Below, piece after piece: positions 55,386 through 64,000 of a DNA stretch of 64,000 nucleotides. Every line of letters begins with the position of its first letter. Within the stretch, counting starts at the first letter, position 1. Source of the DNA: Octopus vulgaris (taxonomy: Eukaryota); the NCBI GenBank assembly GCA_951406725.2, contig OX597818.1, forward strand, positions 75,268,001-75,332,000. Direction: 5' to 3'. Made by a program: the position numbers and the translations under genes. The notes under the pieces are model-generated. The model saw only the letters and a program-made list of their open reading frames with translations, was not told where the DNA came from and did no database searches.

Positions 55386-56708
55386 ATGGAAAGCCAGACG
55401 TATGCGGGTGCAGCAGGCAAGGGCCTGGTTGCGAACGAATTGCAGTTAGAAGAAGTCATCGTCGAGAAGGAGACGTTGAACAAGTATTTCGACAGCTTGA
55501 AGAAGGAGGGTGACTGTGTGAAGGTCACACCACCCGACGAAGAAACGGAAGAAGCGGAGAAACGGATTATAACGTACAAAACATGGAGTGTGACTTCGAA
55601 AAAAATAGAAGTGACACCGATAGAGGAAGTTGAATGCTCTCTTAAAGAAATAGAAGGAGAGTCTACCTACTATAACAGAGGTAGAAAGTTCGCAACGGTG
55701 GTCGTCCACTTTAAAAGTGAAGACGAGGCGAAGAAGAACGCAACGAAAATTTTAAAAACTGATAGATGGATGTGTTTACCAAGCTACTGCGGGAAAAGGG
55801 CAGTCAGAATAAGAATAAGCAAGATTTCGCCCGAACTAAATATGGAAAGGATATTAGCAGGAGTGGTGTTTAATTGCAAGGAAAACGTGGAAATGTTGAA
55901 TGTCGAAAAATCAAAAGATGTAAAGTGGTGGGGTTATGCAGTGCAGGCGTTAGTCCACATTACAATGCCTGACCTGTATAATATCCCGGAGGAGTTGGTG
56001 TTCCCCGACGAGACACGGCTCAGAGTCGTGGTGGAGGGGAGAGTGTGTCACAAATGCAAAATAAGAGGCCACATGAAGGATGTGTGTCCGCTGAGAGAAG
56101 TACAGGAGAAAACGATAGCACTGGAGACTTCAACGAATGAGTTGCAAGATGCGTGTGTGGAGGAGGAAGAAATCGTTACTACAGATAATGCGGAAAGTGG
56201 TGAAGAGTTGGAGAAAGAAAATAGAAAAAGAACGCTGGTGGAATCACCACCTAAAGAACAAAAAAAGAAGAAGAAAAAAGCGAAAAATAAGATTACTGAC
56301 GAGAAGGAAAACCGAACGGGAGAAGAGGATACAAAAGCAAAAGTGAGTGAACCACTAAAAGCAGTTGAAGAATGGGACAGAAAATTGAAACAGCAGTTGA
56401 AAGATAGTAAGAGAGGAGGAGGACTCAAGGGAAAGAAATACAGAGTGGCAATGTTATACGACAAGGACTTAAATTTGGAAAAGATGTTGCCAGGTAGGAA
56501 AGACTTAATTAGAGTAAAGTTGACCCCAGGAATATTTGATAAATATTGGAAGGCGGTAATAGTGGAGAAAGAGACAGTACGCAAATTGAAGGAATATAGC
56601 GCATTTGAATGGTTATATTTACGTTATGACACCTTACCAGTTGATGTGGATCAGGAAGGCTTACAATGCCTGACCTGTATAACATCCCGGAGGAGTTGGT
56701 GTTGGTGA
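55386..56708 (+). CDS. Gag-like ORF1 protein, 440 aa, CCHC zinc knuckle, K/E-rich linker, extra C-terminal domain
   Basis: Open frame; VVVEGRVCHKCKIRGHMKDVC; homologous to four other copies in the window. Confidence 0.85.
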   Translation: MESQTYAGAAGKGLVANELQLEEVIVEKETLNKYFDSLKKEGDCVKVTPPDEETEEAEKRIITYKTWSVTSKKIEVTPIEEVECSLKEIEGESTYYNRGRKFATVVVHFKSEDEAKKNATKILKTDRWMCLPSYCGKRAVRIRISKISPELNMERILAGVVFNCKENVEMLNVEKSKDVKWWGYAVQALVHITMPDLYNIPEELVFPDETRLRVVVEGRVCHKCKIRGHMKDVCPLREVQEKTIALETSTNELQDACVEEEEIVTTDNAESGEELEKENRKRTLVESPPKEQKKKKKKAKNKITDEKENRTGEEDTKAKVSEPLKAVEEWDRKLKQQLKDSKRGGGLKGKKYRVAMLYDKDLNLEKMLPGRKDLIRVKLTPGIFDKYWKAVIVEKETVRKLKEYSAFEWLYLRYDTLPVDVDQEGLQCLTCITSRRSWCW

Positions 56709-57130
56709 AGGAAAACCGAACGGGCTAAGAGGATATAAAAGCGGAAGTGAGTGAACCGGTAAAACTAACAGCAGAGGAAGAATGGGACAGAAGAAGGGCA
56801 GAGCAGATGAAAATTTGTAAGAGAGGAGGATGACCCAAAGGAAAGAAACACAGAGTGGTAATGTTATACGACAAGGACAAAAATACGGAAAAGATGTTGG
56901 CAGGTAATAAAGGCTTAATTAGAGTAAAGTTGAACCCAGAAATATATAGTGACCTGTGGAAGGCGGTAATCGTGGAGAAAGAGACAGTGAAGAAAATGAT
57001 GTATGATTATAGTGTATGTGAATGGTTATATGTACGTTATGACACCTTACCAGCTATTGTGGATCAGGAGAGCTTAATAGAGTATATAACAGATGAAGAT
57101 CCAGGCATTACAGAGGAGCGCCCGACGTAG
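56661..57130 (+). pseudogene. Internal duplication of the ORF1 3' part carrying the likely original C-terminus
   Basis: 56661-56703 copies 55960-56002; 56707-57070 copies 56303-56660 (diverged); ends EYITDEDPGITEERPT*. Confidence 0.85.
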
Positions 57131-57355
57131 CAGAGTAATATATGTAATTATAAAATTGTAAATTGTAAAATTGTATTTTAAATGAAACTGCGAGTTTTGG
57201 GGGACTCGTAAGCCGTTCCATCTAATCCATTATAAATATCCATTTCAATTCATAATTTTCGATTTTTTTTACTTTATGTACCCCACGTCCTGTCTTGTAA
57301 CGTCCCTCTTAATTCGGGCCTTAGTGCCTATAATAAAGATTTCAGTAGCGACACC

Positions 57356-57585
57356 TGCAACTCCGGCTACGCTGCATTGATAAGGGGCAACAACCCTGAA
57401 ACATGTCTGTAGCTGTCTGACTGGCAGGATGAAGCGGCTGACCTCCCTTGTTCGAAGGTTTGTAATGGACGCAGGTTCGTGTGTCAAATAGCTAGCTTGA
57501 GGCGGTGGCCTCTTGGAGCTAATCAGCCACAGCTTTAGTCTTATATTTATAAGACTGCCATATTAGTATGGCGATAACTATTAAT
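57356..57585 (+). repeat. Retrozyme-like repeat, right part
   Basis: Hammerhead segment followed by the second 138-bp direct repeat. Confidence 0.85.
57371..57413 (+). ncRNA. Type I hammerhead ribozyme motif (core mutated)
   Basis: GCTGCA-[TTGATAA]-GGGG-caacaa-CCCT-GAAA-CATG-TC-TGTAGC; two transitions from CTGATGA; short palindromic stem III. Confidence 0.7.
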
Positions 57586-57726
57586 ATATATATATATTAT
57601 TGTTTACGTAGACAAATATCAATATATTTACTAATATGTAAGCATCTGTTCATGTGTGTATATGTATGTGCGTGTGTTGGTGAGCAAGCGTATTGTGATT
57701 ATAGGTGTCTATACATACACGTAATA

Positions 57727-57762
<36 letters not shown>

Positions 57763-57917
57763 TGTATGTATGTATGTATGTATGTATGTATATAAAGACA
57801 TATTATATAGATATATATGTGTGCGTGTATATATACACAAATATATATATATATGTATATATTATATACAAATATATTTTTTTATATTATACAGATACAC
57901 ATATGTACAAATATACA

Positions 57918-57986
<69 letters not shown>

Positions 57987-58082
57987 GTATGTATGAATGT
58001 TCGATTGAAATACGAGTATGTATCTTGTATTATCAGTATTTTTGTCAGCATGAATTTATATGAATGCGTATAGGCATAATTT

Positions 58083-58242
<160 letters not shown>

Positions 58243-58597
58243 TACACTTAGTTTTATTATTATCATCAATCTATGTAGGAAAGATATAACTAAATAATTA
58301 GTCAATTTCATATTTAATTACAGAGAGAGACAGGGTTTGAAATATCAGAGACACCATGGCTTAGAGAGGAATAGATAAGGTGAGAGGAAGAGCGCAACAC
58401 GTTCGGCGTGTAGGCAAGTTATATGAATGATACCTTGGGAGATGAAACGAAATCTAGACTGATAGAGAACCATAAATATCATATTCTAATAGACTTCATT
58501 CAATGGTTGTGTGTTTCGGAGTGTGTTTTTTTTAAATTCCATTTTCACCTGCTTTATAATGTGGTTTGGTTCCATACGACATCGTTTTAATGGCTTT

Positions 58598-58672
<75 letters not shown>

Positions 58673-58816
58673 ATTATATCTTAATCCCTTGATCATTGAA
58701 TATCAGATTAATGGTATTTTTTTTTGATTTTCTGTAAAGTCAGTTCGTGTTTTACATCTACATATATATATTGCGCATATTTGTATGTATGTGCGTATGC
58801 ATGCATGTTTATGCAC

Positions 58817-58859
<43 letters not shown>

Positions 58860-59006
58860 TATGTATGTATGTATTTATGTATGCATGTATGTATAAGCAT
58901 TTATATAATGCAATATCTAGAATGGGTATAACGCATTCTAATTCTCTCATTCTGATAAAAGAACTGACACACCCAAGAACAGGCATCAAAACACACACAC
59001 GCATAA

Positions 59007-59054
<48 letters not shown>

Positions 59055-59170
59055 ATATACGTACATATATATATATGAGTATGCGTAATGTATGCGTATA
59101 TATGATTGATATCATCTTTATATTGTAAATCTTGGTGTTAACAAAAGAAAATAAACTATATATCTATCTA

Positions 59171-59219
<49 letters not shown>

Positions 59220-59314
59220 TCCCTATTTTCTATTGTTAATATAGATAATTGGTTTTCTCCTTGAAATTCGTGTATATAAACATTCATAAGCACATTGAAA
59301 TTAGTATATATGTT

Positions 59315-59367
<53 letters not shown>

Positions 59368-59974
59368 CCACATTCAAATGACTGAAGCAGATAAATGTAA
59401 ACGTAATATACACACGCGCGCACGGCTGATTATGTTAGTAAGCTAGATGTTCAGATTTTAGATAAACGGATACACAGAGAGTCATAGCAAATGGAAATAT
59501 TGACAAACGACGATAGATAGTATTTATTTCAAGAACTCAATGTCATTTATTTCAAGAACTCAATGTGAATTCTTGTAACTTCTGCGTGTTTTTAATTCAA
59601 CAATATGGCGCCGATAATTTCAAAGAGACCTTTGAAAGGTACTAATTACTTGGATATTTCGCTTTTTCATCCAATTCTGGTGAGTCATATAAGAGGTTAG
59701 TTTATACGTCAATATTTCCCTTATTTGTTGCTACGTGCGTGTGCGCGTTTCTTTGGTATATATTTCATAGATGAATGGGATAAATGTTTATCATCAATGT
59801 GATATCTAGCTAACATATTTTTCAGTCATAGCACTGCTGCATACATAGATTCGTTCATCTATTTTTTCCTCGCATCGTTCATAACAACCTGCCTCTCTAC
59901 CTACTTGCCTGTCTAGTCGTACATCTATCGGCTTGTTTGTTTAGTGACTTATATCCATCTGACTCTCTACTTAC

Positions 59975-60342
59975 CTGAAGGTGTGTGACTTGGTGAATAT
60001 GATGTTCGGCTCATGATCATTAAGGGTGGAGTTCAATTCCTGAATCCGGTAGCGTGTTGTGTCTTTGGGCAAGGCATTTCATTTCATGTTGCTACACTGT
60101 ATAAATGAATATCAGTCTGGTGCTGGTACAGTTGGGGGGAGAAAAAGCCTGAAATAGCTGCACCAGCAGTCATGGTCGTAAGATGAAACGAAAATGAATA
60201 CTTATTTTCAGCTGAGTTGACTGAAGAATTGAGAACATAAAGTGCCTTGCTCAGAAGCTCGACATGCCGCGCGATCCTGAATTGAACTCACAATCTCATG
60301 ATCATATGCCCGATGCCCTTACCACTAGGCCACATGCTTTCA
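59975..60342. mobile_element. Old tRNA-derived SINE fragments on both strands
   Basis: GAGTTCAATTCC..TTGGGCAAGGCATTT (plus); AAGTGCCTTGCTC..GAATTGAACTC..ACCACTAGGCCA (minus). Confidence 0.6.
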
Positions 60343-61319
60343 TGTGGAAATAGATTAGGTAATGGAAAATCTCAGCAGATTCTGAAATCTAATGTGTTGA
60401 TGAAGGTCCAAGGAAATGTTTCTCGTTTTATAAGGCAAAAGGGAAAATATAATAATGGTTTCCAGAGCTGACTCCTGTTACGGATAATCACCATTACTTC
60501 TTGTGGATTCTTCAAATATTTGTCCTGAAAGTTTGATCAAGAACTGCTTCTTCATGGTTCTTTCTGCGTAATTTGAAAAGAAAAGGAACTGAGAAACGAT
60601 CACTTTGCAAAGAATAAATTTGTTTAATTGGCAACGATTTATTAAAGATAATAATCTGCCTCCTATTGTATTTCTGTTGTGTTGCTTTCTTGTGTTAATG
60701 TATAATCAAAGACGTATCAGAGAGCTCCGAGGGATGATTCTACAGATTTCACAACGTCACTACAGAGATTTCCAATTGCCTTCCACATGAAAGCATGTAA
60801 CCAAGGCTGGTGTATTCAACTCATGATCGCAAAGTAATGGGTTCAATTTCTGGAGTGAGCGGGGCGCTGTGTCCTTGATTTTACGTTCATTACACCTGCA
60901 CAGGTGTTTCGCCAACCCAACCCCCACCCCATCCACCAATAGCATCTTAAATGTTCCACTGTGTCACGTGTGAAGGAGCGTAGGTGCCAATGTATCTTCA
61001 TGACTACATATTTAAATGAAGCAATTAGTTCAAGCATTGGTACACGCAATAACATCATACTTGCCTCTGTGTGTACACAGGCTGTACAGCACTATATAGT
61101 GCAGCACCGTTTAGTCCTGTGCTGGGCTGTACTCTACTGTACTCCATCTCCAACAAATGACTAGAAACAGTTGGTAATTATACACACAGTATTTGTACAA
61201 TGAGAATTTCCAGACTTTGATATTTAAAGCTAAATGTAGAGAATCATAGAGAATCAAATAATCTCAAATATTTCTTGTTGTTGTTGTTATTGTTGCTGTC
61301 AGCTGTTCAAGATATTCTT

Positions 61320-61320
<1 letters not shown>

Positions 61321-61395
<75 letters not shown>
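61321..61395. repeat. (AAT)n microsatellite
   Basis: Direct reading. Confidence 0.95.
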
Positions 61396-61424
61396 GCAAC
61401 AAAAACAACAACACAAAATAATTC

Positions 61425-61630
61425 TTTCTAATATAGACACAAGGCCTAGAATTTGTGGGGAGGGGTATAGTCGATCACATCGCCCAAGTACTTGACTGGT
61501 ACTTAATTTATCGACCCCGAAATCATGACAGGCAAAGTCGACCTCGGCATAATTTGAACACAGACGTAAGGACGGTTGTAATGCCGCTAAGCATTTTGCC
61601 TGGCGTTCTAACGATTTTGCCAGCTCGCCT
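61425..61630 (-). mobile_element. SINE S2
   Basis: GGTACTTAATTTATCGACCCCGAA..GGCAAAGTCGACCTCGGC..GCCAGCTCGCC. Confidence 0.85.
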
Positions 61631-62744
61631 ATAATAATAATAATATGAAAAATGGGAAATAATAATAAGTTCAAAACAATTTCAAAACTATATATGATTG
61701 CTGGTGAAGCATTATAAAATAATTGCTACGACAGTTTAGTAAAAGTGGCATGTTAATCATACTGCTAGCAACAGAAGACCAATTATTTTAAGGATGAAAA
61801 AAAAAACGTAAATGATTGATATATTTGACTAAAAATAAGTTTTCAACAGAATAACAAGTTGACAGGCTGGAAAGTCAAAAACGATCTCGTTGTCATCGTC
61901 GTTGTTGTTGCTGCTGTTGCTGCTACCGCTTTTGCTGTTGTTGTTGCTTTAATTTTCATTTTGTTTTTTGTTGTTGTTTTTTATCATTACTCCATAGCTA
62001 ACATCTTGTTTTGTTACCACGAATTAATATTTTCAGAACACTTCAAGGGAATCCAGTCGTGAAATATTCAGAAAGAGAAAATATTTTTTCAGTGTCAGGA
62101 ATAGTTAAGAGGTCAGTCATTTGGAAAGTTTGTATAATTTCTGTTACCCAGGCAGAACAAATCTGCATTTGTTGTTATTATAGTTGTTGCTTTCATTTGT
62201 TTTCTTTACAGACATCAAGGTATGAAGACAACTTTGTTTTATACAATTTTGTATATATCCTATTCGTTCAATGAACCGATGAGATATATGAAGATATATG
62301 TATAGGATATTAACCAGATAATTACAATAACTTTACACTTTTTATTATTGTTATATTGATAGCTGAAAGGCACACGGTCCAAACAGTTGTAAATAGTTGT
62401 CCAAAGTAAGCACATTAAAGTATGACAATTGGTAAGATCATTGCATAATTAACGAATGTCTAGCAAGCTTGCAGTATTAACCTCTCCTAGTATTACAGTC
62501 GTACGACATAATAACATGCATACATAAGCCACTCGCCAAGTGGACATAACATGAACATGGCATAAAGGAGAAAAAGAAAGGGCTAAAGACGAGATCTCAT
62601 TTCATTCGTCTAATCTCGATAAATTTCTGTAACCTATTATAATCAAATATATGTATGTGTGCGTATGTATCTGTATGTATGCATGTGTGTGTATGTGTGT
62701 GTGTGCGCGTGTGTGTGTGTGTGTGATGTGTGTGTGTGTGTGCC

Positions 62745-63010
62745 ACAGTGTCACGGTATCGATATGATGTATAGAATGTTCTTATACATCACTAGTCACA
62801 ATGCGCTTTGCATTCTATTAGCTTTCGAATGCTGACAAGGCAAGCAGGCCAACATTCCCCCAGATTGGTAGGCTATTCCGCCTCAGGGAGCAACATGAAA
62901 TAAAGTGTTTTGCACAAGAACAAAACGCGCCGCCCATTTCGGATATTGAACCCACGATTTAGCGATTGAGGGTGCAATAACCCTAATCACTAAGTCATGC
63001 GTTTTCATGC
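62745..63010 (-). mobile_element. Old SINE with S3-like tail
   Basis: GTCACAATGCGCTTTGCATT..GCAAGCAGGCCAAC matches reverse complement of ~2058-2130; tRNA-like head at ~62930-63000. Confidence 0.65.
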
Positions 63011-63013
63011 TGG

Positions 63014-63111
<98 letters not shown>

Positions 63112-63292
63112 ACATCATGAAAATTTTTAAGATTCGAGAGAATGTGAAATAATTCTTATTTGGGACAGTGGATTTTGAAGCAGATGATAAAGTTATATAT
63201 AATAGCTTGTATAGATTGGCTTAGAAAATAGTGGGATCGAAAAAGTTGAAAGCAGCCTCTGACTTTTGCTACCCAATATTTACATGCTTTAA

Positions 63293-63503
63293 AGGCGGCG
63301 AGCAGGCAGAATCTTTAGCATGCCAGGCGGAAATGCTTAACAACATTTCGTCCGTCTTCAGGTTCTGAATCCAAATTCCGCAGAGGTCGACTTTGCCTTT
63401 CATCCTTTCAGGTGTGATAAAATAAGTACCAGTTGAGTGCTGGGGTCGACGCTATTGACTTAACTCCTCCCCGAAATTACTGGTCTTGTGCCAAAATTTG
63501 AAA
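63293..63503 (+). mobile_element. SINE S2, full length
   Basis: AGGCGGCGAGCAGGCAGAATC..GAGGTCGACTTTGCCTTTCATCCTTTC..TTGTGCCAAAATTTGAAA. Confidence 0.85.
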
Positions 63504-63525
63504 TCGATGTTTACATGCATATATA

Positions 63526-63659
<134 letters not shown>

Positions 63660-63721
63660 TATATATATATATGTATATATATATATGTGTGTATATATGT
63701 GTGTGTGTGTGTGTGTGTATA

Positions 63722-64000
63722 CTAGGTCTGATTAGTAAGTATCCGGATTGTTGCCATTGTAACGAAGCTAAAGCAAATAGAGTGAAGCCGCTGGACTAAG
63801 ATTGATCTCAAATTCAATTGTGCATACGCACCAAGTTTTGATGTTCTCGTTCACTTCCGCTCTTTACAGTAGTGCTTGGAAGGGAGTTATGTAGAGTGTG
63901 ATCGTCGCATTGACCACGACAAAGAAAGCTGTCATGGCGATACCTGTTAATAAGCCTACTCAAAGTTGCAGAAAGTGTATGAGCCACACACAAGTGTACG
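63722..64000 (+). mobile_element. Probable mariner-type 5' end, runs off the window
   Basis: TA+CTAGGTCTGATTAGTAAGTATCCGG resembles a TA-CGAGG mariner terminus. Confidence 0.4.

Larger units (their letters stand above)
55209..57341 (+). mobile_element. ORF1-only Tx1-like non-autonomous retroelement (element C), 14-bp TSD
   Basis: Perfect TSD TCAGTAGCGACACC at 55195-55208 and 57342-57355; tail GTCCCTCT..GGCCTTAGTGCCTATAATAAAGAT; no RT or endonuclease. Confidence 0.88.

Noticed and set aside
56048-56584. 178-aa minus-strand ORF (also 3890-4267, 23899-24144, 24295-24645)
   Set aside because: Antisense shadows of real transposon ORFs with no motifs of their own.
55386-56708. Domesticated host gene of ZCCHC3 type
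   Set aside because: Bounded by a perfect TSD, rearranged at the C-terminus and accompanied by decayed paralogues; simplest as a young mobile copy.
54936-57585. LTR retrotransposon or TRIM with gag between 138-bp LTRs
   Set aside because: The repeats lack TG..CA ends, PBS, PPT and an outer TSD; an internal 14-bp TSD and non-LTR tail show the ORF block is an insertion into a tandem repeat.
59522-59566. ~23-bp perfect tandem duplication
   Set aside because: Simple slippage or repair duplication with no further structure.

Overview
Eukaryotic, AT-rich, very microsatellite-dense DNA with no recognisable host protein-coding gene. The repeat landscape resembles octopus/cephalopod intergenic or intronic DNA (inference). 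Most ORFs in the supplied track are read-throughs of (TA)n, (CA)n, (GATA)n, (TACA)n or (AAT)n. The real coding content is transposon-derived: Tx1/L1-type LINE pieces, an RTE-like RT, an R4/Dong-like RLE LINE, Penelope-like (PLE) fragments, Helitron Pif1 fragments, Tc1/mariner relics and MITEs, plus at least four tRNA-derived SINE families. The main result is an interlocking retro-element set. (1) Five divergent copies of one Gag-like ORF1 family occur. One (55209-57341) is a TSD-bounded ORF1-only element with an open 440-aa ORF, and one (48744-51268) links the ORF1 to a Tx1-type ORF2. (2) Both TSD-bounded copies sit, co-oriented, just upstream of a type I hammerhead-like motif inside about 337-365 nt structured tandem repeats that look like non-LTR retrozymes. 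(3) Other members, and a SINE carrying the same 3' tail, recur at fixed positions in tRNA-derived SINE heads or in (GATA)n. (4) A separate SINE fuses a tRNA Pol III head to a PLE-type minimal hammerhead. All alignments and folds were done by eye, and ribozyme activity is unproven because several cores are mutated.
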